From positions 310,001-374,000 of the IMG/VR virus record IMGVR_UViG_3300028558_000016: 64,000 bases of DNA; one strand, 5' to 3'. How positions within the stretch are numbered: position 1 is the first letter of the stretch; the number at the start of each line of letters is the position of its first letter. The position numbers and the translations under genes are program-made. This document shows positions 1 to 10,244 of the stretch, in pieces. The notes under the pieces were generated by a model that saw only the letters and a program-made list of their open reading frames with translations, did not search any database and was not told the origin of the DNA.

Positions 1-501
1 GATGGTTACTTTAACAAGAACACGTCCTATATTAGACGTAAATTCAAACAACCTTTGATATACGTAGTTGGTTCGGATACATTAAACAGAATATTGGAAA
101 GCTCATATAACATTTTAAATCCAGAACTTAGCGAGAGATATAATCATTACGTCAATCAATTGATTTCCATGAAGCCTGAGAATGAACTGATAACAGACGA
201 AGAATTGGATGAAATAGAAAAAATGGCATTACAACATTATTTAAGAAGATTCAAAGAGGATTTCAAAGATGTAAAATTCTTCGTTGTAAATAGACCAGGG
301 AGCGAATTGCACGAAGATGCAAAACGAATAGAAGAATTTTATTCAATGGTTGAAGAACATCCTGAGTATTTCCATATAAGCTCAACTAAAATTCGTGCCA
401 TGCTTATAGCTGGAGATTATGAGACAATTAAAAAATTGATACCAGAAAAAATATTTGAAAAGTATATTAACCAAAAAACAAACAACCATGTCAACAACTA
501 A
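1..501 (+). CDS. NMN/NaMN adenylyltransferase-like protein (5'-partial)
   Basis: Frame open from base 1; VVGSDTL and ISSTKIR motifs of NadD/NMNAT cytidylyltransferase fold; near Nudix and NadV genes. Confidence 0.7.
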   Translation, partial: DGYFNKNTSYIRRKFKQPLIYVVGSDTLNRILESSYNILNPELSERYNHYVNQLISMKPENELITDEELDEIEKMALQHYLRRFKEDFKDVKFFVVNRPGSELHEDAKRIEEFYSMVEEHPEYFHISSTKIRAMLIAGDYETIKKLIPEKIFEKYINQKTNNHVNN

Positions 502-787
502 AACAAAAAAGTCAAAGAAAGAAAAAATTGAAATCAACAACTTCACAATCCATCGTTCGATGGGAGAGAGTTTTGATTGGAAAAAACTCGATCTTAAAAA
601 GAAACACATTGAAGCTCTTAATGAAATAGGAAATTCAGGAAAGTTAAAAGGCAAAAAAATAACCATCAGCGAATACTTTGAAAGGTATCTTAATGGAAAA
701 GGTCTTAAACACGAAGTGACATCTATGAAATCCAATAACATGGAATTTACAGACACGCTTTTAATAACAAGAGTTAAAGTAAATTAA
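488..787 (+). CDS. Hypothetical basic protein
   Basis: ORF; ATG at 488 preferred over the upstream TTG. Confidence 0.6.
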   Translation: MSTTKTKKSKKEKIEINNFTIHRSMGESFDWKKLDLKKKHIEALNEIGNSGKLKGKKITISEYFERYLNGKGLKHEVTSMKSNNMEFTDTLLITRVKVN

Positions 788-797
788 AAATTAAAAC

Positions 798-1157
798 ATG
801 GCAGCTTTTTACATATTGTTAGGAGTTATGTGTGGAGTAGTTGGAATTTTCATATTCGGTTATTATGCTTCAAAGAAGGATAACAAAAAATTTGATGCAA
901 CCGAAACAATGAATAAAACTGTAACTGAAAGCTCAGGCCCAATTTGGCCTGAGCCTGGTTACATGAGCGAACCTATATGGCAATCAACAAGGATTGAAAC
1001 AACGTTCGTCAATGCTGGAAAAGGTTCAGAAAAAAAGTCAGACAAGAATGCAAAAGAAAAACCTCTTGAAGACCAATTGAAAGAAGCTCTTGAAAATGAA
1101 TGGTACGAAAAGGCTGCAGAAATTAGAGATAAAATTAATAACGCTAAAACCAAATAA
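798..1157 (+). CDS. Membrane-anchored protein with C-terminal UvrB/UvrC (UVR) motif
   Basis: N-terminal TM helix; LEDQLKEALENEWYEKAAEIRDKI. Confidence 0.7.
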   Translation: MAAFYILLGVMCGVVGIFIFGYYASKKDNKKFDATETMNKTVTESSGPIWPEPGYMSEPIWQSTRIETTFVNAGKGSEKKSDKNAKEKPLEDQLKEALENEWYEKAAEIRDKINNAKTK

Positions 1158-2003
1158 ATGTATAACATAAAATACCCGGTCGCATTCCACCCAGTGGATA
1201 TGGCCATAACAAGAATACACGAAGGAAGAATACAAGTTCTCCTTGCGCAAAAAGTAAAAGACACAGAAGGTGGAGCTAACATTGTTAGATTCCCTGGAGG
1301 TTTCCTTGATGTGTGTGACTCGTGTGCTGAAGAAGCAGCATTGAGAGAAGCAATGGAAGAAACAGGAATGAGATTTGGAAACTCTGCTATGGCAGATTAT
1401 TTCATCGGATACTTTGCTAAGAAGAAACCATTTACCGATAAGTTGAACAAACTTATAGAATCAAACGGTGATGCAAAGGAAATAACTGAAACCATCAACC
1501 AATTGCATGCAATCAAAATATCCGATGATGCTTTAGCATGGTTGAGAACAAGAACAACTTACATTGGTTCAACTAAGATTGATGATGCAAGATATGCTGA
1601 CACAGATCACAAAGTAATCACAAGCTTTTATGAGCTACATCCAAATCCAAAATTCGATAAGGATGGTGAAGGTCCATTTGATGACATCGCAAGAACAAAA
1701 TGGTTTTTCCTTTCAGACATTAAAGAAGAAATCATGCACAAGTCGCATGTTCCATTGTTCAACATGTTATTTGAAAAATACAAAGCAGAGAGACTTGCAG
1801 ACAACGTGTTTAACGCTGCTGAAGAGGTATTCAAATCAACAGAGGAAATGTTCAACACCTTCAAAAAAGAAACTGATGAGATTTTTGATGGAATAAAAAA
1901 GAAAATGCCTGAATACGAAAAGAAAGTGGATGAAGCAATGCAAGGCATGGGAAAGAAAATGGATAAGTTCTTTAGCGGTTTAGAAGATATTTTAAAATCT
2001 TAA
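1158..2003 (+). CDS. Nudix hydrolase (ADP-ribose pyrophosphatase-like)
   Basis: Nudix box PGGFLDVCDSCAEEAALREAMEETG; DDIA..KWF motif; upstream of NAMPT. Confidence 0.85.
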   Translation: MYNIKYPVAFHPVDMAITRIHEGRIQVLLAQKVKDTEGGANIVRFPGGFLDVCDSCAEEAALREAMEETGMRFGNSAMADYFIGYFAKKKPFTDKLNKLIESNGDAKEITETINQLHAIKISDDALAWLRTRTTYIGSTKIDDARYADTDHKVITSFYELHPNPKFDKDGEGPFDDIARTKWFFLSDIKEEIMHKSHVPLFNMLFEKYKAERLADNVFNAAEEVFKSTEEMFNTFKKETDEIFDGIKKKMPEYEKKVDEAMQGMGKKMDKFFSGLEDILKS

Positions 2004-2006
2004 ATC

Positions 2007-2282
2007 ATGATAGACATCACAAAACTAACAGATGAGGATAAGGACCGTTGGGTTGCTTATACTGGAAAAGGACCCGACAATGAAGAAGTTGGAGCCATAA
2101 GTTCTTGGAACGACAAATTCATTTTTGTTAAGTATGTTTCAGGACAAGGTGGAACAGATAATGGAGTCGCTACAAAGCCAGAAGATCTAAGGTTCTTGTC
2201 AGAGGAAGAAGAGGAAGATCTTCCTGAATATTTGAATGCGCTTGAAGAAATGGAAGACGATGAAAACGAAGAAGAAAATTAA
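2007..2282 (+). CDS. Hypothetical acidic protein
   Basis: ORF in operon context. Confidence 0.6.
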   Translation: MIDITKLTDEDKDRWVAYTGKGPDNEEVGAISSWNDKFIFVKYVSGQGGTDNGVATKPEDLRFLSEEEEEDLPEYLNALEEMEDDENEEEN

Positions 2283-2300
2283 CGTAATAAAAACAACAAC

Positions 2301-4094
2301 ATGAAAAGATCAACTAAACATTTCGGAGATTATTCCGATGCGGAGTTAAAAAGCATGAGTCCTGAGCAACTCATTGCTATCATCTTGGAAGGTCAGAACG
2401 ATGATAACTTCATCATCATGACAGACTCTTACAAAATGACTCATCACCTGCTTTATCCTAATGGATTAAGAAGGGTTTACTCATATATGGAACCACGCGG
2501 CGGCGAAATGCCTTACACCGTATTCTTTGGATTGCAGTATTACATCAAAAGGTATCTTGCTGGAAGAAGAATCACCAAAGAGAAAATCGAAGATGCACGT
2601 CAAGCAAACATTGCACACTTTGGATTTGATTGCTTTGATGATACAATGTGGTATCACATATTAAATAAGCACGATGGTAAACTTCCATTGAGAATTAAAG
2701 CTATTCCTGAAGGAACTCCGATCGCTGTTAAGAATATCGTGATGGATATGGAAAACTTAGACCTTGATAATTGTGCAGCATTGACAAACATCACAGAAAC
2801 ATTGTTAATGAAAATCTGGGCAACATGTACTGTCGCAGCTTACAATAGAATCATCAAGGAATTAATAACAAAGAATCACGCGATCACTTCAGACCTTCCA
2901 GCATTCTTGATTGATTACATGCACCATGATTTTGGTTACAGAGGAACTTCATCAGAAGAGACTGCACGCTTAATGGCTGCGGCTGCAATGACAAGTTTTA
3001 AAGGAACTGACACAATGGGCGGTTTAAGCTTAATCAAGAAATATTATTCTCCTGATGGAGCAACATGGTCTGAATGCATGGCAGGTTTCTCTGTTATTGC
3101 GTCTGAACACTCAGTTGTTTGTTCATACGGTGGAAGACACAAAGAAGCGAAATCATACCTTGACATTATAAACAAGGTTAAGAACCATCCTAAAATTAAG
3201 ATAGCAAAACCATTGAGCGGAGTAATTATTCTATCTTTGGTGTCTGACACTTATAACATCTACAATGTGTCTAAGAAAATTCTTAAACAATTGGAAAAAG
3301 AATTTATTGGATGGACAAACGATAACGGCATTCCAATTAAGATTGTTATTCGTCCTGACTCGGGAGTTCCTGCTAACGTGTTATTTGGATATAACGATGT
3401 TGTTAAAGGAATGGTTGCTGACAAAGATGCTTTAGCAGTAGCACCAATCGACCTTTGCAAAAGAGTTGCAGATGACATGTCGATAACTTTAGAAGAAGGA
3501 ACAGAGCTTGTGACCAAAGGAGTATTTGAAATACTGTTCGATGAATTTGGATCAACAACAAACACTAAAGGTTACAGAGTATTCCATCCACAAATAGGAG
3601 TATTACAAGGTGATGGCGTTAAGTATACTGTCATCGATGAATTCCATGAGATCATGAAAACGAAAGAATACATGATAGACATCATGATGCTTGTTGTTGG
3701 TTCAGGCGGAAAAAATCTACAGGCTCACGATCGTGATGAACAAAAATGGGCAATCAAAGCAACTGAGGTTGGCATCGATAATGACTCAGTAATGGGTGGT
3801 ATAGAAACAGTTCAAATAGAAAAAAATCCAATCACAGATCCTGGAAAGAAATCTAAAAAAGGAGATCTTAAGCTTGGCAAGAAAATGCTTAAGGTAGGCC
3901 CTGATTACGATTTCACAAAAGAATGGATGAACTTTAAAACCTTCCAAGAAGGTGAAGAAGGATTTGATACTGTAACAAACCTTTTAGTTCCTGTATTTGA
4001 AATGGGAGAAATCCTCGTTGAATACGATTTTGAAGAAGTGAGAGCGAACAGTGCGGTAGTATATCCTCAAATTAAAAAAACGGCTTTAGCCTAA
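2301..4094 (+). CDS. nadV: Nicotinamide phosphoribosyltransferase
   Basis: TDSYKMTH, HDFGYRG, ASEHS, VSDTY, IRPDSG, QGDG, KNPITDPGKKSKKG motifs. Confidence 0.95.
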   Translation: MKRSTKHFGDYSDAELKSMSPEQLIAIILEGQNDDNFIIMTDSYKMTHHLLYPNGLRRVYSYMEPRGGEMPYTVFFGLQYYIKRYLAGRRITKEKIEDARQANIAHFGFDCFDDTMWYHILNKHDGKLPLRIKAIPEGTPIAVKNIVMDMENLDLDNCAALTNITETLLMKIWATCTVAAYNRIIKELITKNHAITSDLPAFLIDYMHHDFGYRGTSSEETARLMAAAAMTSFKGTDTMGGLSLIKKYYSPDGATWSECMAGFSVIASEHSVVCSYGGRHKEAKSYLDIINKVKNHPKIKIAKPLSGVIILSLVSDTYNIYNVSKKILKQLEKEFIGWTNDNGIPIKIVIRPDSGVPANVLFGYNDVVKGMVADKDALAVAPIDLCKRVADDMSITLEEGTELVTKGVFEILFDEFGSTTNTKGYRVFHPQIGVLQGDGVKYTVIDEFHEIMKTKEYMIDIMMLVVGSGGKNLQAHDRDEQKWAIKATEVGIDNDSVMGGIETVQIEKNPITDPGKKSKKGDLKLGKKMLKVGPDYDFTKEWMNFKTFQEGEEGFDTVTNLLVPVFEMGEILVEYDFEEVRANSAVVYPQIKKTALA

Positions 4095-4095
4095 T

Positions 4096-4575
4096 ATGGA
4101 AAAACAAGTAAAAATATCTCAGTCTGTTGCCATCTTGATTGATGGCAACAACATTGAGATCAGCATACATAAGGATGCAGAGAAAGATAACGTGATGTGT
4201 GATTTCGATAATCTCGTTCCCAAGCTTATTGGCGACAGATCATTAAATCGCTTGGTGTACTTCAGAGAAGGAAAAAGCATCTCGCCTAAATTGGCAGACA
4301 GACTCCATAAATTATTTTATGGAGTTGTTAAGCCATGCAGGAAGAATGCTGACATTCGTTTAACCATTGAAGCCATACAACTTGCAAACAAAGTGGACAC
4401 AATAATAATTATGAGTGGAGATTCTGATTACATTGAGCTTGTTCAACATTTGCAATCACAGGGATTAAGAGTTGAAATAGCCGGAGTCCAATCAAGCACT
4501 TCAAAGTCATTGATTGAAGCGGCCGATTTCTTCCATCCAATAACTAAAGACGATTGGTTCACATTTAAAAATTAA
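4096..4575 (+). CDS. NYN/LabA-DUF88 PIN-like domain protein
   Basis: ILIDGNN, ADIRL, SGDSDY, LIEAADFF motifs. Confidence 0.9.
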   Translation: MEKQVKISQSVAILIDGNNIEISIHKDAEKDNVMCDFDNLVPKLIGDRSLNRLVYFREGKSISPKLADRLHKLFYGVVKPCRKNADIRLTIEAIQLANKVDTIIIMSGDSDYIELVQHLQSQGLRVEIAGVQSSTSKSLIEAADFFHPITKDDWFTFKN

Positions 4576-4580
4576 TTGAA

Positions 4581-4898
4581 ATGAAGCAAGACGAAGAAGA
4601 AGACCAAATCATTTGTATTTGTTCAAAAGAAAATTCGGCTCATACCATTGGTATAAGAGTTCCATGCCGTGGTCCAGGCTGTAATGCTCAGCTTTGGCTG
4701 AGTGACAGCACTATTAATAGAATTAAAAAGGAAAAAACGGATGTTGATTTAACGAAAACACCTCCTACCCCATTGTGTATGGATTGTGGATTGAAGGCTT
4801 TGAAAAATTCAAAGGATTTTAAAATAGCTCCACCAACCACCGAACAGATGGAAGAAATATTAAAGGCAATGACAGAAATCGATGCTCAACAAAGATGA
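4581..4898 (+). CDS. Hypothetical Cys-rich (Zn-binding) protein
   Basis: CxxxxC and CxxC motifs. Confidence 0.55.
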   Translation: MKQDEEEDQIICICSKENSAHTIGIRVPCRGPGCNAQLWLSDSTINRIKKEKTDVDLTKTPPTPLCMDCGLKALKNSKDFKIAPPTTEQMEEILKAMTEIDAQQR

Positions 4899-5514
4899 CA
4901 TAATCAAAGCAGCAGGAGTCCATCCATTAAAGGTTAAAAACATTTACGTGTTTGGATCTCGGGTATATGGAACCGCAACAGCGGACTCTGACTATGACAT
5001 CATTGTTGTTGCTAATTCCATGGATGAAAAGAGAGAAGTTGTTTATAAGGATCTCAATATCCATATTCATACTCCAGATAAATTCATTAGAGATCTCAAA
5101 CAGCTTGACATGCATAACCTCGAGTGCATCTTTGCTCCAGAAGGAGCAAAGATATTGGAAAAAGTAAATTATGTCGATGCTAATTTTAAGATCAATCCAG
5201 ACCAAATGAAATATGCTGCAATGAGCCAATCATTCAACAGGTTTCACACGGCCAAGGTGAAAATTCTCGATGGAGATTTTCACAGAGGAATTAAAAGCTT
5301 ATTTCATTCATTAAGGATATTATTGTTTTCGATGCAAATACTTCGTAATGGAAGGATCGATGATTTTTCAGAAGCTAACAAATTTTGGGCCGACATCAAG
5401 ATAGACATTCAACTTACAAAAAATATCACCAACGAGGAAGAGATGTGGAGATATTTCAAAGATAAATATCTTCCACAAAAAATTGAATTAGAAAAACGAT
5501 TAAAAGAAATGTAA
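4882..5514 (+). CDS. Pol-beta superfamily nucleotidyltransferase
   Basis: FGSRVYGTATADSDYD motif. Confidence 0.85.
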   Translation: MLNKDDIIKAAGVHPLKVKNIYVFGSRVYGTATADSDYDIIVVANSMDEKREVVYKDLNIHIHTPDKFIRDLKQLDMHNLECIFAPEGAKILEKVNYVDANFKINPDQMKYAAMSQSFNRFHTAKVKILDGDFHRGIKSLFHSLRILLFSMQILRNGRIDDFSEANKFWADIKIDIQLTKNITNEEEMWRYFKDKYLPQKIELEKRLKEM

Positions 5515-5515
5515 T

Positions 5516-5917
5516 ATGAGAGTATTAGTAATGGGACCACCTGAAAAAGAGTCCATCAAAAAAGTAAAAGAATTCGCAGAGAGCCATGTTTTAAACTTCG
5601 ATGATCTGCTTGATATTAAAAATGGCGCTGAACCTTTTGTTGGAAACAGAAAAGGACATTCTTGTATCATCCCGCAAGATTTCAGAATTGTGTTTTCTGT
5701 TGAAATGCATCCAAGAAAAGATGGAAAAGGATTCACAAAATTAAGAGTGATGTCGATGTCAGTTCCTGCTGAGGGAAAACTTCCGAGTGTTGAAGCCGTT
5801 CAAATGGTTTTACCTGAGCTTGGATTCACTTCAAAATTTGAAGACTCTTATGTTACAATGGAGAATGATGCAAAAGGAGAACCTGTTGCCATAGTAGTAA
5901 TGGAAGAATTCAAATAG
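5516..5917 (+). CDS. Hypothetical protein (TAG stop)
   Basis: ORF in operon context. Confidence 0.6.
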   Translation: MRVLVMGPPEKESIKKVKEFAESHVLNFDDLLDIKNGAEPFVGNRKGHSCIIPQDFRIVFSVEMHPRKDGKGFTKLRVMSMSVPAEGKLPSVEAVQMVLPELGFTSKFEDSYVTMENDAKGEPVAIVVMEEFK

Positions 5918-6063
5918 AATGAGACCTATAGATCATAACGACACCTTATTGTACTTTGAAGAAGAAACTGGTTTTCTTTATAAGAAGAAGAAATATAGCG
6001 GCGCAGATTATTTTTCTCCGTTAAATTTTTGTACTTTAGAGTGTACACCTAAAAAAGATAATC

Positions 6064-6387
6064 ATGGCAACACAATTAACACCGTCAAAGAAGCAATTCA
6101 AGAACATACAGGAAATATACAACTACGCAGAGAACCAAAACGACAACCTGCACGTTGGGGACTTAGACCATACGTCAGCCTGCGAGATAGAACACCGAGA
6201 CGGGTCCAAGTTTTATTTAACCAATGTTCACATGGAATTGGTACGGTTCACAACAAAAACATTCGACGAAACTGTGTACATAGCATACTCGGAACATCAC
6301 CAACCACTCGTGTATATGGAATCGGACCTCGTGTCAGAACCAAAAATAATCCCATTAGGAAAGAAGAAGCTCGTAAAAAAGAAATAA
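6064..6387 (+). CDS. Hypothetical protein
   Basis: ORF with phage-like composition. Confidence 0.6.
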   Translation: MATQLTPSKKQFKNIQEIYNYAENQNDNLHVGDLDHTSACEIEHRDGSKFYLTNVHMELVRFTTKTFDETVYIAYSEHHQPLVYMESDLVSEPKIIPLGKKKLVKKK

Positions 6388-6402
6388 GATTTCCAATATC
6401 AC

Positions 6403-6858
6403 ATGGGACGAGAAAATTTTAAGCTATTAATACGTAATTTAAGAACGATGGAAACAACATGCGGGATATTTTTATTCTTAAAAAACGGAAAACTGTTGTT
6501 GGGACACGTAACAAACACTCAAGACAAATGGAGCATTCCGAAAGGACTTCCGGATGATGGAGAAGAATTGTTCGATGCAGCCAAACGAGAGATGTTCGAG
6601 GAGTCAAACATAGAATACGATAAGCTTAAGATAAACACCATTGTAAACAACCAATATACTTATTATAAGAATGGAAAGAAGAAGCTGTTCTCATTAACAG
6701 TTCACACTCATAATGAGGAAAAAGATTTTGATTTGAAATGTCATTCTTTGGTAAATGATGATTTTCCTGAAATAGATGGATATAAATTTGTCACAATAAA
6801 AGAAGCATTGGATATGGACATCCAAGAAACACAAAAAGAAATATTAAGAAATATATGA
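6403..6858 (+). CDS. Nudix hydrolase
   Basis: WSIPKGLPDDGEELFDAAKREMFEES; FPEID. Confidence 0.9.
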   Translation: MGRENFKLLIRNLRTMETTCGIFLFLKNGKLLLGHVTNTQDKWSIPKGLPDDGEELFDAAKREMFEESNIEYDKLKINTIVNNQYTYYKNGKKKLFSLTVHTHNEEKDFDLKCHSLVNDDFPEIDGYKFVTIKEALDMDIQETQKEILRNI

Positions 6859-7361
6859 ATAAGCTCGAATATAGAATGTATGGAATAGTTCCTTACAACA
6901 TTTCAGAAATACAAAAAGGAATCCAATTTGGACATGCTGTTGTAGAATACTCGTTGAAGTATTTTAAGAACGAAGACTTTCAACAGTGGGCCAAGAAGCA
7001 CAAAACATTCATGGTTATGAATGGAGGAACAACCAATATGGGAGAAGGAACAATTCAAGGAAGACCCGATTGGATGGTTGAAGAACTTAAAGGGTCATTA
7101 AATAAATACGCCGATTTACTTTCCAAAAATAAAATCAAATGCGCTTATTTCTTTGAGCCAGACTTAAATGATGCTTTAACTGCCGCGGTATTTCTTGCAG
7201 ATGAAAGAGTTTTCGACAAGATTAAATATCCTGATTATGTTCCTCTTTCTTTTGATTTAGCAAAAAATGATCCACAACACGAGAAAGAATGGGTCAAATC
7301 TATAGGAGGAAAACAAAATGTTTTCCTTCGTGAATTCATATCTAAACTAAGATTTGCATGA
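6855..7361 (+). CDS. PTH2-like (peptidyl-tRNA hydrolase type 2 fold) phage protein
   Basis: QKGIQFGHAVVEY ... FFEPDLNDALTA pattern. Confidence 0.6.
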   Translation: MNKLEYRMYGIVPYNISEIQKGIQFGHAVVEYSLKYFKNEDFQQWAKKHKTFMVMNGGTTNMGEGTIQGRPDWMVEELKGSLNKYADLLSKNKIKCAYFFEPDLNDALTAAVFLADERVFDKIKYPDYVPLSFDLAKNDPQHEKEWVKSIGGKQNVFLREFISKLRFA

Positions 7362-8044
7362 AAACGACAGACAAATACGTATTATTTTATACTGAGGTAT
7401 TTTCTCAGTGGCATCCTTCCAATTTTGAAGTAGGAGGTAAAAAATTCTGCACAGCAGAACAATTCATGATGTATTTCAAAGCATTAACGTTCGGTGATCA
7501 AGAGATTGCAGACAAGATATTAGCAACAAATAGTCCACGTGAACAAAAGAAACTTGGACGCGCTGTTAAAGGATTTGATGCTGTTAAATGGAATGCAATA
7601 GCCAAGGAAGTTGTATTCAAAGGAAACAGAGCTAAGTTTCAACAGAATCCAGAAATGTTCGAACAATTAATGGCAACAGGACACAAAGAACTTGTTGAAG
7701 CTTCCCCTTATGATACTATATGGGGAATAGGCTTTGATGAAAATGCTCCTGAAGCTCTTGATAAGTCAACATGGAATGGAACAAATTGGCTTGGCGAAGT
7801 ATTAACAAAGCTTAGAGATGTTCTTAGAAGAGAACAGACAATTCAAAACATAGTGAAACATGGTGAAGCTGAATTGGAAAAATTTGCCAGGGATTATCCA
7901 AATGACATAGGACGATTGTATGAAAGCTATAAAAAATTGAAAACACAATCTTGGTCTGAAGATTTTTTAAGAGGATATTTAGGAGCTATAACAGATTTAA
8001 TTATTATTAAAAAAGGACATTGGGGAGACTCATTTGTAAAATAA
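7358..8044 (+). CDS. NADAR/YbiA family protein
   Basis: FSQW, TAEQFMM, KKLGRAV, LVEASPYDTIWGIG, GTNWLG motifs. Confidence 0.92.
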   Translation: MKTTDKYVLFYTEVFSQWHPSNFEVGGKKFCTAEQFMMYFKALTFGDQEIADKILATNSPREQKKLGRAVKGFDAVKWNAIAKEVVFKGNRAKFQQNPEMFEQLMATGHKELVEASPYDTIWGIGFDENAPEALDKSTWNGTNWLGEVLTKLRDVLRREQTIQNIVKHGEAELEKFARDYPNDIGRLYESYKKLKTQSWSEDFLRGYLGAITDLIIIKKGHWGDSFVK

Positions 8045-8238
8045 TGGGAAATAAAAACAGATTATACAGAAATACCGATGATTGTTTTATCGGTGGAGTT
8101 TGTTCTGGAATATCAGACAAGCTTGGAATAGATCCAACATACGTTCGTGTATTGTGGGCTCTTTTCATATTCCTATTTGGATATGGATTATTGTTATACA
8201 TCCTCCTATGGATTATAATGCCTGAAAATGAAAACTAA
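8044..8238 (+). CDS. PspC domain protein
   Basis: RLYR..DCFIGGVCSGI...GIDPTYVR...YILLWIIMP. Confidence 0.9.
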   Translation: MGNKNRLYRNTDDCFIGGVCSGISDKLGIDPTYVRVLWALFIFLFGYGLLLYILLWIIMPENEN

Positions 8239-8500
8239 ATACGTCATAACTTTCCTTTTGAGCCTGACGATCTGTTTGTGTTCAGTATTGTATTTCCAAT
8301 TTTATTGGATGTTATTCATGCCTTTATTGGCCACAAATTTATTTCTTCCATTCTATATGATGGATCTTAAATCGGTAGAAACAAAGATGGAAATAATATT
8401 CTTCTTCTTGGTTCCGTTTGCAAGCGTTTTGTGGATTTTTGTAGATGGACTTCCTGGAACAATTTCTTACTTTGGAGATAAATGGAAAGAATTGAAATGA
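8228..8500 (+). CDS. Small membrane protein
   Basis: Hydrophobic ORF. Confidence 0.55.
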   Translation: MKTKYVITFLLSLTICLCSVLYFQFYWMLFMPLLATNLFLPFYMMDLKSVETKMEIIFFFLVPFASVLWIFVDGLPGTISYFGDKWKELK

Positions 8501-8667
8501 CAGCTTTATTAATCATATACATTATCGGTGCCTTGTTATTTCTATTCCTACTTTCATTAGATGCCAGCGCATTTAAACCTAAACATATAATACTAATAAC
8601 AGTATTTTGGTTTCTGTGGTTGCTTTACTTCTTGGTCATTTCAGTGACGCACTTCAAGAGAAAATAA
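8497..8667 (+). CDS. Small membrane protein
   Basis: Two hydrophobic segments. Confidence 0.5.
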   Translation: MTALLIIYIIGALLFLFLLSLDASAFKPKHIILITVFWFLWLLYFLVISVTHFKRK

Positions 8668-8681
8668 TAGATATATAAGTC

Positions 8682-9605
8682 GTGAAAAGATTCCACGATT
8701 ATAGCACATTCAACGGCCTTGAAAATCTAAAACAGATTGTTGCCAAGAAAGATCCTTCCATGAGCGAAGACCTCATGAAGGCACTATTTCCATTAAGAGA
8801 TAAGAACATTGGCAAAACATTGAAGGACATCATAAAGAGATTTGAAAAATCCGCTGAATACGATACACCGAACAAATGGTTCAGTCCAAACAAGTATAAC
8901 ACTTTTATGGAATACTTTCAAAGAGGATTAACCGACAAGAAGAAAGAAGAAATAGAAGCAACCATAGATCAATATCTCATGGTCATGCCTTCTGAATCAA
9001 ACATTGAATCAATAGGAAATTTCTCAGACACTTCATCGATATTAAGATTGAAGAAACCGACTAAAGACGTAGTTAAGGATTTAATGGATTTTGGAATAAG
9101 TGATGTGAGCACATTAAACTTTATAAGCCTAAAGCTTCTCAAATGTTATTACCACAGGGTGCATTGCCCAGTAAGCGGAACTATACAAAAGATAACATTC
9201 ATTGGAAGAGAAGAACCGTTGTTTGGAGACAATTCCCTATGGGTGGTTGAATTCAATTCAGAAGAAGGAAGAATTTACATGCTTGTAGTTGGAGAACTTT
9301 CTATACAGGATTTTAATTTCAACTTCAAAGAAGGAGACAAGGTTAACAAATTTGAAGAGCTCGGAAAATTCAATTGGGGTTCTCAGCTCGTTTTAATATA
9401 TGCAAAAGATTCATTCGTAAGCGAACCGTTGATCATAGAAAAGGAGAAATATTTTGTTGGTGATGGAATATTTAATAAGACAAAAATAGTTCAAGGCGAT
9501 ATTCTTAATTCAATGCCAATTGACCAGATAGGAAATGGACAAAGAAACGGAACAATATACGGAGATGATATTTTAAAAGCACCAACAGGAGCAAACATAT
9601 TTTAA
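8682..9605 (+). CDS. Phosphatidylserine decarboxylase-like protein
   Basis: F..YFQR.L, YYHRVHCPVSG, ELGKFNWGSQLVL (GxFxxGS autocleavage motif); GTG start. Confidence 0.7.
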   Translation: MKRFHDYSTFNGLENLKQIVAKKDPSMSEDLMKALFPLRDKNIGKTLKDIIKRFEKSAEYDTPNKWFSPNKYNTFMEYFQRGLTDKKKEEIEATIDQYLMVMPSESNIESIGNFSDTSSILRLKKPTKDVVKDLMDFGISDVSTLNFISLKLLKCYYHRVHCPVSGTIQKITFIGREEPLFGDNSLWVVEFNSEEGRIYMLVVGELSIQDFNFNFKEGDKVNKFEELGKFNWGSQLVLIYAKDSFVSEPLIIEKEKYFVGDGIFNKTKIVQGDILNSMPIDQIGNGQRNGTIYGDDILKAPTGANIF

Positions 9606-9943
9606 TGGAACAAGCAAAGATCGATAAGATAAACAGCATAATCGCAGATGCAAAGAATAAAATTAAATTTCTTGAATGTGACGGTTCAACGAGAGTATTT
9701 GATTACCTTCTAACTAAGAATAACATCAAACATACTGTAATGGTTGGAACTGCATCACTGGAAGATAAAGAGATGCTACATTATTGGATCAAAATTGATG
9801 ACATGATATTGGACCTAAAATCAAAGATGTGGTTTGGAGATGAAGCCTCAGAAGGATTATTCAAAACAAGCAAGGTCAAGTATAACGGTAAACCAATAGA
9901 GCTAAATACCTCCGAATTGATGTACCATATTTTAACAAGTTAA
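9605..9943 (+). CDS. Hypothetical protein (Cys-His-Asp, transglutaminase-like pattern)
   Basis: LECDG...HYWI...ILD. Confidence 0.45.
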   Translation: MEQAKIDKINSIIADAKNKIKFLECDGSTRVFDYLLTKNNIKHTVMVGTASLEDKEMLHYWIKIDDMILDLKSKMWFGDEASEGLFKTSKVKYNGKPIELNTSELMYHILTS

Positions 9944-9980
9944 ATTTTCGAGGCTCAAAAATATCTTTTATATTTGTTGC

Positions 9981-10208
9981 ATGAGCAATGAATTAATAAG
10001 AATACTTAAAGACATAACACATGACAATGAAGAAAAAAGACTTCAAAAAGCGAGTGAATGTTCTGATGGAATAAGCTATTACAATTGTAATGCTTTACCA
10101 ATGGTAGATCAATTAGCAAATGAACTTTCCAAGTTGTCTGAAGTTGAATTGTCATTGGCCTTAAGAATTCTCGTTAGAAAGACTCAGAAAAAGGCCCAGA
10201 AAAAATAA
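9981..10208 (+). CDS. Hypothetical protein
   Basis: ORF downstream of a TATATTTG box. Confidence 0.55.
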   Translation: MSNELIRILKDITHDNEEKRLQKASECSDGISYYNCNALPMVDQLANELSKLSEVELSLALRILVRKTQKKAQKK

Positions 10209-10233
10209 ATTTTTTAGTTTCAGAAATAGTTCC

Positions 10234-10241
10234 TATATTTG
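10234..10241 (+). promoter_or_regulatory. Bacteroidota-type sigma-A -7 box (TAnnTTTG)
   Basis: TATATTTG; same box recurs near 9969, 16490, 23375, 28358, 47648 and 54525 upstream of genes. Confidence 0.7.
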
Positions 10242-10244
10242 CAC

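Noticed and set aside
5919-6422. 167-aa ORF overlapping 6064-6387
   Set aside because: Most of it is an Arg-rich alternative frame over a more plausible gene; cannot be supported as a separate protein
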